Positions 26,985-34,607 of a stretch of 42,325 bases of DNA are shown here, piece by piece. Position 1 is the stretch's first letter; each line of letters opens with the position of its first letter. The DNA is from a virus (lineage: Duplodnaviria > Caudoviricetes). A program made the position numbers and the translations under genes. Location: positions 1 to 42,325 of the IMG/VR virus record IMGVR_UViG_3300037043_000053. One strand, written 5' to 3'. The notes below the pieces were generated by a model, which saw only the letters and a program-made list of their open reading frames with translations, was not told where the DNA came from and searched no databases.

Positions 26985-27085
26985 TTGGGCGTCACTGAGT
27001 AGCCACCGCCTGCATTGCCGATGCTATCGTCTGACGCCATGCGGCCAGTTCTGATCCTGAATTTGTTCGGTACGCTGAATGTCAT
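26918..27085 (-). CDS. 55-aa ORF reading through attC, possibly a truncated gene
   Basis: MTFSVPNKFRIRTGRMASDDSIGNAG...; ATGA-coupled to upstream gene. Confidence 0.45.
   Translation of the reverse strand: MTFSVPNKFRIRTGRMASDDSIGNAGGGYSVTPNAELKGGASAPSALSAVLGAGG
26930..26990 (+). other. attC (59-base element) recombination site
   Basis: R'' GCCTAAC, 5-nt spacer, L'' GCTCAAAG, central stem-loop, L' CTTTAGC, 5-nt spacer, R' GTTGGGC; extra C in L'' gives the extrahelical G on the bottom strand. Confidence 0.85.
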
Positions 27086-27465
27086 GCCGCCTCTTTCAGT
27101 CGATAAAGTTCGTAATAGCCCATGTAGGGCTTTTCAAGCGCCGTCTGCTTGCCCTTGCCTTTGGCTTTTTTTGGGGCTGAGCAAGGCGATTCGGCGCCGT
27201 TGTAGATCCGCTTCACTTCCAGCAGCTTCAGTTCGTCCCGGATGTGGCGCAGGGCGTCATTGATGTAGCTGCCGAGGTCGTATTCCTGCCAGATGTCGTA
27301 GCATTTTTGGTGGAACGAGATGAACTCGCCGCGATTGGCTTCAAAGACCTGCAGCATCTTGCCGATCACCTCTGGCGACCGTGCCAGGGCGTGCATCCGT
27401 TCGCGGTGCGTTTCGCCATAGGTCTTTCTGGGTGGCGCTTCGAATAGCGCGAGCTGGGTGGTCAT
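27082..27465 (-). CDS. Hypothetical protein
   Basis: 127 aa; ATGA-coupled in operon, ends KEAA. Confidence 0.75.
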   Translation of the reverse strand: MTTQLALFEAPPRKTYGETHRERMHALARSPEVIGKMLQVFEANRGEFISFHQKCYDIWQEYDLGSYINDALRHIRDELKLLEVKRIYNGAESPCSAPKKAKGKGKQTALEKPYMGYYELYRLKEAA

Positions 27466-28991
27466 GCGGCTCTCCGGTTAATAGTCATTTCGGGAAGGTT
27501 GGCGGCGACAAGGGCTGCGGCCAGCGGTGGGCAAACGCTGTTGCCGCACATGCGTACCTGGGCGGTCTTGGTCAGCGGGATGCGCTTGCCGGTGGCGTCG
27601 ATGCCGTGCTCGATGATGTAGTCGTCGGGGAATCCCTGCGCCTTGTAAAGCTCGCGGGGCGCCAGCATCCGCATGCCGATGTCGGCGATCTGGTACTCGG
27701 TGCCGGCCACGGTGACGAGGCCAAAGCGTTCGCGGGCGGTGACGGTGTGCATCGGCTCTGATACCTCGACGCCGTCCTGCTCGTTGCCGTAATACTTGAT
27801 CAAAAAGGCGCGGACATCCTCGGCATGGGGGCCGTCGGTGCTGACCGTCACCAGGCTGTGATGGTCGATGCTGGTAACGGTCGATATCGGCGTATCAAGA
27901 CCGGTGCCGACCACACCGCCGTAGTGCTTGGCAAGAAAAGCGGAGACCAGGGCATGATGTCCACCCTTGGTCTGTGCGCAGATGGTGCGCAGCGGTTCAT
28001 CGGCTGGCATGCTGCGGGGCGAAGAGGCGTTGGCGTGCTCGGTCAGGGCAGGAGCCACTAGCGCATAGTTTCCGCCGCCGGCATGAACGGTCCTGACCGG
28101 CTCGCTGATGCTGTGCGACCGGCTTCCGGCTCGTTCTTTGTGCTCGCCGTGGGCTAGGCCGACGATGAACGGCTCCGCCGCCTCCACTACATACCGCATC
28201 ACGCCCTTGGCGATGCGGCTCAGTGTCGCGTCAGCCAGTGGCCGGGTGCGCTCGAAAATGGACGGGCAGGGCAGGCTGAAATCAATGCACTCCGCCGCCG
28301 TCCGCCATGGCTTCAGCTTCTTCGCCCGGGTGGCGATGTTGCGCGGGCCGCCGTGGGTGGCTTCCGGCCAGACAATCGGCTGGCCATCGCGGCGCGCGAT
28401 CAGAAACAGGCGCTTGCGGATCGTCGGCGTGCCGTAGTCGCAGGCGCGCAGCTCGCGGTGCTCTACGTGGTAGCCATGGCGGCGCAGCGCATTGCAGAAG
28501 GCATTGAACTCGCGCCCCTTGTTCTTCGGGCATGGCCGGGCCTTGCCGTCGCCGTCAATGACCAGCGGCCCCCAGGTGCGGAACTCTTCCACGTTCTCGA
28601 GCATGATCACGCGCGGCCGGGCGACATCGGCCCAGCGCAGCGCAACCCATGCCAGCCCGCGAATCTTCTTCTCGACCGGCTTGCCACCCTTCGCCTTGCT
28701 GAAGTGCTTGCAGTCCGGCGACAGCCAGACCAGCCCAACCGGCCGGCCCTGGGTCACTTCGCGCGGGTCGATGTTCCACACGCTTTCGCAGTAGTGCCGG
28801 GTCTCCGGGTGGTTGGCCGTGTGCATGGCAACGGCCTCCGGGTCGTGGTTGATCGCAACGTCGACGCGCCGGCCAAGCGCCAGCTCGATGCCGGTCGAGG
28901 CCCCACCGCCGCCGGCAAAGTTGTCGATGATCAGCTCGCCGTGAATGTCCAGGTTCAACTGCATGTCAGCGCGCCTGCCGGCAAAGGTCAT
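27462..28991 (-). CDS. DNA (cytosine-5) methyltransferase
   Basis: FAGGGG (motif I), SPDCKHFS (IV), MLENV (VI), RKRLF (VIII), QGFP, GNSV (X). Confidence 0.93.
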   Translation of the reverse strand: MTFAGRRADMQLNLDIHGELIIDNFAGGGGASTGIELALGRRVDVAINHDPEAVAMHTANHPETRHYCESVWNIDPREVTQGRPVGLVWLSPDCKHFSKAKGGKPVEKKIRGLAWVALRWADVARPRVIMLENVEEFRTWGPLVIDGDGKARPCPKNKGREFNAFCNALRRHGYHVEHRELRACDYGTPTIRKRLFLIARRDGQPIVWPEATHGGPRNIATRAKKLKPWRTAAECIDFSLPCPSIFERTRPLADATLSRIAKGVMRYVVEAAEPFIVGLAHGEHKERAGSRSHSISEPVRTVHAGGGNYALVAPALTEHANASSPRSMPADEPLRTICAQTKGGHHALVSAFLAKHYGGVVGTGLDTPISTVTSIDHHSLVTVSTDGPHAEDVRAFLIKYYGNEQDGVEVSEPMHTVTARERFGLVTVAGTEYQIADIGMRMLAPRELYKAQGFPDDYIIEHGIDATGKRIPLTKTAQVRMCGNSVCPPLAAALVAANLPEMTINRRAA

Positions 28992-29251
28992 GCCGCCTCC
29001 TTCGCCGAGCCGCACGCGCCTGGCCCGGCCAGTACCCGCAAATGACCCTTGCCGATCAGGAAGTTTCGGTGGCATTCGATGGTGGCATTCCAGGCGGCGG
29101 CGGCGACGCCTGGGCTGTCGTCCAGGATGTGGCCGGCGTGGTCGACGATGGCCAGGCGGGCCGGGGTGCCGTCGGTGGCCGTGGCGCTGAGTCCGGCATG
29201 GCCGATGGCGGCGATGGTGCCGTTGATCGGCGGGTGGCTGATGGTGAGCAT
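28988..29251 (-). CDS. Hypothetical protein
   Basis: Operon-coupled, RBS. Confidence 0.7.
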   Translation of the reverse strand: MLTISHPPINGTIAAIGHAGLSATATDGTPARLAIVDHAGHILDDSPGVAAAAWNATIECHRNFLIGKGHLRVLAGPGACGSAKEAA

Positions 29252-29263
29252 GGGCGGCTCCTG

Positions 29264-29599
29264 TTATTTGATCTCGTGGCGGGTGACGTAGGCGCTGAGC
29301 ATCTTGCCTGCGCTCATCTGGTCAGGCGGGGCCGGTACCATGGCCGGCTCGCCTTTGGCTTCCGGCGTGTCGTGCCGGACGAGCTGGCGGTTGCTGGCGA
29401 TCGGCAAAAAGCCGCTGCCGGTGCGGTTGCTGCCGGTAACCCGCATGCAGTCGACTTCGGTCTTGGCGGTGTCGATGATGTTCTTGGCGGTGTCGTTGAT
29501 GAGTTTGACGCGGCTGGTGTCGATCTTCTTGGCGGGGTCGCGCAAGTCCTTGAGCGTGTCGAAAAGTACGCTGTAAAGCTGGTTGACGTCGTTGTTCAT
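29264..29599 (-). CDS. Hypothetical phage protein commonly paired with the upstream HNH gene
   Basis: LFDTL..L, IIDTAK.EV, GSGF motifs. Confidence 0.75.
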   Translation of the reverse strand: MNNDVNQLYSVLFDTLKDLRDPAKKIDTSRVKLINDTAKNIIDTAKTEVDCMRVTGSNRTGSGFLPIASNRQLVRHDTPEAKGEPAMVPAPPDQMSAGKMLSAYVTRHEIK

Positions 29600-30249
29600 G
29601 CGGCGCTCCTCTGGCGTTTGTTGATCTGGCGGGTGATGGCGCCGCGCAGCTGGATCACGCGGGCTATCTCTTTGGGGTAGTTGTGGCAGGTGTTGCGCCG
29701 CATCAGCTCGGCGCGGGTGATGAGTTCGAGGTTGTCCAGGGCGATGTGCTGCTTGTTGCCATCGCGGAAGGCGACGGCGTGCCCGGGTGGTACGGGGCCA
29801 TGCACGGATTCCCAGAGGATCAGGTGCACAAAGCGCCAGCGGCGCTTGAATGGCATGTCTTCGTTGATCTTGCGCTCCAGGTAGCCTTCCTTGCTCAGTC
29901 GCTCGAAGCCGAGCGGCTTGAAGTTCTCTGCAGCGCGCCCGCTGCGGTGGCCGGGCTTGAACCGGGTCTCGGCAGAGCGCCCGCCGGCCTGATAGTGCGT
30001 ACCCTTGTTCCAGGGCTGCTGACCGGGCTGGAATCGCGTGCTCTCGCCCTTCTTTCGGCTGCCGATGAGTCGGCCGGCAAATTCGCTGGCCAGGTAAATC
30101 GCGCTTTTGTGCAGGCCGAGCTGGCCGGCTTTGGTGTGGACCTGGTTGATGCTCAGGCCAAAGACCGCCGCCAGCCAGGCGGTAGGGATGTGCGGATAGG
30201 TTTCGATCAGCACCTCGGTTTGCGCGGTGCTCCAGGTGTGCCGGCTCAT
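29596..30249 (-). CDS. HNH endonuclease-family protein (HNH_3-like)
   Basis: TRF.PG..PWNKG, VH...WE..HGPVP.GH...F.DGN...NL motifs. Confidence 0.85.
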   Translation of the reverse strand: MSRHTWSTAQTEVLIETYPHIPTAWLAAVFGLSINQVHTKAGQLGLHKSAIYLASEFAGRLIGSRKKGESTRFQPGQQPWNKGTHYQAGGRSAETRFKPGHRSGRAAENFKPLGFERLSKEGYLERKINEDMPFKRRWRFVHLILWESVHGPVPPGHAVAFRDGNKQHIALDNLELITRAELMRRNTCHNYPKEIARVIQLRGAITRQINKRQRSAA

Positions 30250-30767
30250 GACTGCAACACCTCCAGAAATCGCTGCATGAACAGGCTTTCGGCGTGGTTG
30301 TAGTTGACGGCGCTAAGGCGCTTTTCCATGGGGCGCACGCCGTGCAGCACGGGCCAGTCGGTGGCGTCGTCGGGCATCAGGTCGCGGCGCTCGGTGGCGA
30401 GCATGATGCGATCGGCCTCGCCGACTGCGGCGCTCTGCAGCGCCGGCAGGCCGAAACGGTCGCAGATAGCGCCTTGCACCCGGGCTTCGATCATCCGGTA
30501 ATCCGGTAGCAGCTGCTTGAGCGGCCGGGGAATGTCCTTGATGTAGGCCTCGCTGGCGTCGTGCATCAGTGCTTCCATGGCGAATTCGGCATCGACGATC
30601 TGGCTGGCCAGTACGCTGTGCTGCGCCACGCTGTAGAAGTAGCGCGTCTGGCCGGCAAAGCGCGCCTCGCGGGAAAGCCCTTTGACGATGTCGACGACGT
30701 CGATCATGTCCGGCTGCGGGTCAATGAGGTCGAAGTGCTTGCCGGTGTAGGTCAGTAGCCAGCTCAT
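30246..30767 (-). CDS. HD-domain phosphohydrolase (YfdR-like 5'-deoxynucleotidase)
   Basis: RFAG, YSVAQHS, LMHDASEAY..DIP.PLK, AD..MLATE.RDL motifs. Confidence 0.88.
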   Translation of the reverse strand: MSWLLTYTGKHFDLIDPQPDMIDVVDIVKGLSREARFAGQTRYFYSVAQHSVLASQIVDAEFAMEALMHDASEAYIKDIPRPLKQLLPDYRMIEARVQGAICDRFGLPALQSAAVGEADRIMLATERRDLMPDDATDWPVLHGVRPMEKRLSAVNYNHAESLFMQRFLEVLQS

Positions 30768-31099
30768 GCGTCGCCCCGGGTAAAGCGCACCGGAAGGCCA
30801 TTGCGGGCCGGTGCGTGACGAACGATCTGTCCGGCGGCCATGAGGACAACCAGATGCATCTGCAAGGCGCGGCGGCACATGTTGATTTCGTCGTCGGCGA
30901 GCAAAAAATAGGTGTCGATCTCGCCCCATTCGTCGATCAGGTCAAGGATGCGCTTGCGCACGCGCTGGCCTTTGGTCAGGCCATCGCCATTCACCGTCCA
31001 GCGGTTTTCGGTCTTCTGCTTGCCATCGATGTAAATGCGCGTCTGGCCTTGCATGGCCGGCGGCTGGCACAGCCCGAGGGTGATGGCGACGGTGTTCAT
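30764..31099 (-). CDS. Hypothetical protein, possible winged-helix C-terminus
   Basis: ATGA-coupled on both sides. Confidence 0.6.
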   Translation of the reverse strand: MNTVAITLGLCQPPAMQGQTRIYIDGKQKTENRWTVNGDGLTKGQRVRKRILDLIDEWGEIDTYFLLADDEINMCRRALQMHLVVLMAAGQIVRHAPARNGLPVRFTRGDA

Positions 31100-31968
31100 G
31101 CGGCGCTCCCGGCCGGGATCGTCAGCCACTGAAAGCCGTCATGCTGATCAAACGCCGCTGCCTCTTCGCGCGTTACGCGGAACCCGGCGGCGTGTTTGTG
31201 TCCACCACCGCCGAAGGCCTCGGCGATGAGGGCGACGTCGGCGCCGTCGGGGGCCGAGCGCAGCGAGAAGCGCCGGCCGTCTTCGTCGTCGTAGTAGGTG
31301 CCGGCAAAGGGGTTGCCCTTGGCCAGCTCGCCGCCGACATCGCTGGCGTACATCCACGGCACATTGGCGACGGGTACCGGCACTGAGCCGAAGTGCACCC
31401 AGCGGGTGGCGTGGTCCATCAGTGCTGCTACATCGGCCGCATGCTTGCGCAGCAGGGTACGGCCTTCGCGCTCCAGATCGAGCAGCGGGCGCTGCATCAG
31501 TTGGTCCCAGGTGGCAAAGTCCATCGGGTAGGAAAAGACGGCGGCGATGATCTCGCGCGTCATCGGCAGTTTGAAGCGCCACAGGTCTCGGTCCTGGATG
31601 TGATCAAAGAGCAGGGGAGGCGATTCGCCGGTGAAGAAGGACTGCCAGGTGAGCATGGCGCCGGACTGCTCCATGTCGAAGACGGTGATGGCCTTGGCCG
31701 GCAAGTCCTTGAGATCGTCCGCTGCGGTCTTGTGGTGATCGATGACCAGCACGCGGCGGGCCTGCTCGATCAGCCGCAGCATGACCGGGCGCTTGTAGGA
31801 GAAGTCGACGATGATGACCTCACGGTCGGTGACGTCCGGCGGGTCTTCGCCGTAGATGCCGGGGTGCATGTCAACCTTGCCCAGGTAGAAGTAGCGCACG
31901 GCCCAGGCGGCAGCGAAGCCGTCGGTGCAGGCGTGGTGATAGATGCAGAGGGGTTGGGTGGTGCTCAT
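31096..31968 (-). CDS. DHH/DHHA1-family phosphoesterase
   Basis: YH..C.DG, VDFS, IDHH, D.DLW, FSLRS, GGGGH..AAGF motifs. Confidence 0.9.
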   Translation of the reverse strand: MSTTQPLCIYHHACTDGFAAAWAVRYFYLGKVDMHPGIYGEDPPDVTDREVIIVDFSYKRPVMLRLIEQARRVLVIDHHKTAADDLKDLPAKAITVFDMEQSGAMLTWQSFFTGESPPLLFDHIQDRDLWRFKLPMTREIIAAVFSYPMDFATWDQLMQRPLLDLEREGRTLLRKHAADVAALMDHATRWVHFGSVPVPVANVPWMYASDVGGELAKGNPFAGTYYDDEDGRRFSLRSAPDGADVALIAEAFGGGGHKHAAGFRVTREEAAAFDQHDGFQWLTIPAGSAA

Positions 31969-33317
31969 GTGGATCTCCGGTAGGTCTTGGTGAGGTCGGC
32001 TTTGATGCTGTGGCCGCGCTTGCGCAGGACATTGGCCAGGCGGGCGCGGTCGTGGTGGCCATGGGTGGTCTGGCGCAGCAGGCCGAAGTAGCTGTTGCCG
32101 GTTTCGAACAGGTCTTCAGCCGGCACGGTACGCAGGCGGCTGATGGCATCGTTGTAGGTGCGCCGGCGCAGGTTTCTGCGCCATGGCTTGATGACCTGGC
32201 CAACGAAATCGATGCCGCGCGCCACCGGTTGCAGAATGGTCTTGCTCGGGTTGAGCCGTGCGGCCAGCTTCTCAGCTAGCAGCTGCTCGATGCTCACCCG
32301 CGCTTCGTTGAGCCACTGAGCCGACTCGTGCAGCAGCACGAAGTCGTCGACGTAGCGGATGTAGTGACGGGCGCGCAGGACGTGCTTGGCGTACTGGTCG
32401 AGCACGTCGAGATAGACGTTGGCGAAGAACTGGCTGCTCAGGTTGCCGATGGGCAAGCCGAGGTGCGCCGGGTGGCTGGTCAGGCGCTTGTGCTGCGGCA
32501 CGCGCTGCATCGCTGCCGGGTCGCCGCGCAGGTCGAAGTCCTGGCGCGGATCGTGAAACAGGATGGTCTCGGCCAGCGCCAGCCAGAAGGGTTCATGGAT
32601 CTGGCGGGCGAGCAGCTCGCGGACGATGCGCTTGTCGATGCTGACGAAGAAGTTGGCCAGGTCGCACTTGAGGTAGTGCGCCGGCCGGCTCCAGTTCTGG
32701 GTGATGCTGCGGACCTTCGATTCCAGGCGCTCGGCAGCGTACAGCGTGCCGCGCCCCGGAATGCAGGCGCAACTGTCGGCGATGAAGCGGGCGTAGAAGC
32801 GCGGGGCAATGCGGTTGTGCAGGACGTGGTGCACGATGCGGTCGCGGAAGGTGGCTGCCCAGACCTCGCGTGGCTTCGGTCGGGTGATGGCAAAGCAGAT
32901 GCTGCGGCCGGGCGTGTAGGAGCGGTCCTGCAGCTCGTCGAAGAGTTCCCGGAGGTTGTGCTCGAGGCGCTCTTCGAAGGCCATCGCGCTGGCGCTGTTG
33001 CGCTTGGTGCGCCGGCAGTCGAAGTAGGCCTGGACAAGCTCCGGGAAGGTAAGGTCAGCGGGTGCATTCCAATCTGCGGACGGCCCGAGCGCGGAGCTCG
33101 TTGTTCTTGTGGTTGTTGTTCTGGTTGCCGTTGTTGAAGTTCTGATACCAAGCCCAGCCGGACTCGGACCAATCGTGCTTTCTACGTCGCCCGGCCGAGG
33201 TTTCAGCGGGGTAACTGCGCCAGACCGGACCAGGCTGCTGCCTGCGGTATCCGTGGTGCGCATGGCGGTGGCCTTGTGAGCCAGCGGCACGACCAGATTG
33301 AAAGATCGCTCAGTCAT
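31965..33317 (-). CDS. DGR reverse transcriptase (start uncertain; conserved core begins ~33050)
   Basis: KPRE.WAA.FRDRIVHH, LKCDLANFF.SI, GLPIGNLSSQFFAN.YL, YIRYVDDF, IDFVG motifs; adjacent to TR and avd. Confidence 0.95.
   Translation of the reverse strand: MTERSFNLVVPLAHKATAMRTTDTAGSSLVRSGAVTPLKPRPGDVESTIGPSPAGLGIRTSTTATRTTTTRTTSSALGPSADWNAPADLTFPELVQAYFDCRRTKRNSASAMAFEERLEHNLRELFDELQDRSYTPGRSICFAITRPKPREVWAATFRDRIVHHVLHNRIAPRFYARFIADSCACIPGRGTLYAAERLESKVRSITQNWSRPAHYLKCDLANFFVSIDKRIVRELLARQIHEPFWLALAETILFHDPRQDFDLRGDPAAMQRVPQHKRLTSHPAHLGLPIGNLSSQFFANVYLDVLDQYAKHVLRARHYIRYVDDFVLLHESAQWLNEARVSIEQLLAEKLAARLNPSKTILQPVARGIDFVGQVIKPWRRNLRRRTYNDAISRLRTVPAEDLFETGNSYFGLLRQTTHGHHDRARLANVLRKRGHSIKADLTKTYRRST
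33070..33169 (-). ncRNA. DGR template repeat (TR)
   Basis: AAC-rich (9 AAC codons) near-copy of the two VRs; substitutions only at TR adenines. Confidence 0.95.
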
Positions 33318-33684
33318 GGCGGCCTTGACCTCCATGATGCGGGCGATGTGCGGCGCGGCGCCACCCGTTGGCCTGTTTGCCGATGCTGGTGGTGAGTTCG
33401 ACGGCCTTGGCATAGGCGGCTTTCGAGATAAGCCGCTTGTCCATGGCGAGGCGAATCATCAGCTCTACCACCTGCAGGCGCTCGATTAGCGCAAGCAGGT
33501 GCGGTTCCTTGTCCTGGGCGACGTTGGCACGAAAGATCAGGATGGTGATCCGGATGCAATCGCTGGTGATCTCGCCACCTATCGGCCGCTGGAACGGCCG
33601 CGGCATGTTCTTGGCGAAATCGGTAACGACGTCGATCAGGTCGTAGGCGACCTTGTAGATGGGGAGGCTGGTATGGGTGGCCAT
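33310..33684 (-). CDS. avd: DGR accessory variability determinant (Avd, four-helix bundle)
   Basis: 124 aa basic helical protein, LPIYK.AYDL and IGKQ.NGW motifs; between target and TR. Confidence 0.88.
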   Translation of the reverse strand: MATHTSLPIYKVAYDLIDVVTDFAKNMPRPFQRPIGGEITSDCIRITILIFRANVAQDKEPHLLALIERLQVVELMIRLAMDKRLISKAAYAKAVELTTSIGKQANGWRRAAHRPHHGGQGRHD

Positions 33685-33706
33685 GCTGACTAAATGACTG
33701 AATTAC

Positions 33707-34177
33707 TCAATGACTAATCTGCGGACGGCCCGAGCGCGGAGCTCGTTGAAACTGGTGGCTGGTGCCCTGGAAGCCGCTGTAGAAGCACTGACACCAAGCC
33801 CAGCCGGACTCGGACTCATGCGCTTCGCATGACCAGTAAGCGCGTTCCTCGAATTCACCCTTGAGGTTGGCAAAGAGCAGCGCCTGTTCGCGGCGGGTCG
33901 GGAGGCTGGCGATGTATTCGCCGCCTTGCTTGCCGGCCCATTCCATGGCCTTGTCCCAGGTGATGTCGTCGGCCTGTCCGGGCAACAGGATCAGGTGGTG
34001 ACTCGGCTCGCCGTCCTGGCTGACGATCAGGCCGGCGTAGTGCTCGCCCGGTGCGAGGTCGATCGTTACCTCGGGAAAGTACAGCGCCGACGGCTCCTGT
34101 TGCTTCTCGAAGGCGGCGATCAGGTCGGCCAGCTTGGCGTGCTCGGCCTTGATCGATTCAAGCGTGATGGTGGTCAT
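33707..34177 (-). CDS. DGR target protein 1 (DUF1566/CLec-like), C-terminus frameshifted by a 1-nt insertion in VR
   Basis: W.KAMEWA, LPTR.EQALLFAN, YWS motifs; ends in VR1. Confidence 0.88.
   Translation of the reverse strand: MTTITLESIKAEHAKLADLIAAFEKQQEPSALYFPEVTIDLAPGEHYAGLIVSQDGEPSHHLILLPGQADDITWDKAMEWAGKQGGEYIASLPTRREQALLFANLKGEFEERAYWSCEAHESESGWAWCQCFYSGFQGTSHQFQRAPRSGRPQISH
33716..33815 (-). repeat. Variable repeat VR1
   Basis: 14 substitutions vs TR, all at TR adenines, plus one inserted base (33749-33751). Confidence 0.93.
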
Positions 34178-34201
34178 AGCGTTCTCGAAATTACTGAATG
34201 A

Positions 34202-34561
34202 TTAAATGGGCAATCTGCGGACGGCCCGAGCGCGGAGCTCGCTGCCCTTGCGGTAGTAGCTCTGGTGGCCGTAGCTGAAGTACTGATACCAAGCCCAGCC
34301 GGACTCGGAGTTGTGCGTCTCGTTGCTCCAGTACCAGTCAGCCTTGAACTGGTCGCGGTGGTTCGCCCAGAGCATGGCCTGCTCGATGCGGGTCGGCAGA
34401 TCGCCGCCGATGCTCTTGGCCCATTCCATCTGGGCTTCCCAGGTGGCGTCGTTGTTGTCGCCGGGTAGCAGGATGACGTGATGCACATTGCCCTGCGTGT
34501 CGCCGATGGCTCCGACGTAGATTTCGCCTTCGGCGAGCGGTGGGAGTGGGAGTTGTTGCAT
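34202..34561 (-). CDS. DGR target protein 2 (DUF1566/CLec-like)
   Basis: W..QMEWA..IGGDLPTR.EQ, WYWS; ends AWYQYFSYGHQSYYRKGSELRARAVRR. Confidence 0.92.
   Translation of the reverse strand: MQQLPLPPLAEGEIYVGAIGDTQGNVHHVILLPGDNNDATWEAQMEWAKSIGGDLPTRIEQAMLWANHRDQFKADWYWSNETHNSESGWAWYQYFSYGHQSYYRKGSELRARAVRRLPI
34211..34309 (-). repeat. Variable repeat VR2
   Basis: 11 substitutions vs TR, all at TR adenines. Confidence 0.95.
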
Positions 34562-34607
34562 GTTTACCTCCGTGGTTGAAAATCAGTTTTCTGAACGTGG
34601 CGAGAAG

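Noticed and set aside
27462-28991. Methyltransferase as part of a restriction-modification system
   Set aside because: No cognate restriction endonuclease recognisable; orphan C5 methyltransferases are common in phage early regions
31965-33317. RT as group II intron, retron or Abi RT
   Set aside because: No maturase/endonuclease extension; adjacent Avd and adenine-specific TR/VR pairs identify it as a DGR RT
33318-33413. RT start at 33413 as given by the ORF track
   Set aside because: Would overlap avd by ~100 nt; the ATG at 33317 coupled to the avd stop is more plausible
33070-34309. Three ~99-bp repeats as a CRISPR array or simple duplication
   Set aside because: Too long, separated by whole genes, and mismatches confined to TR adenines
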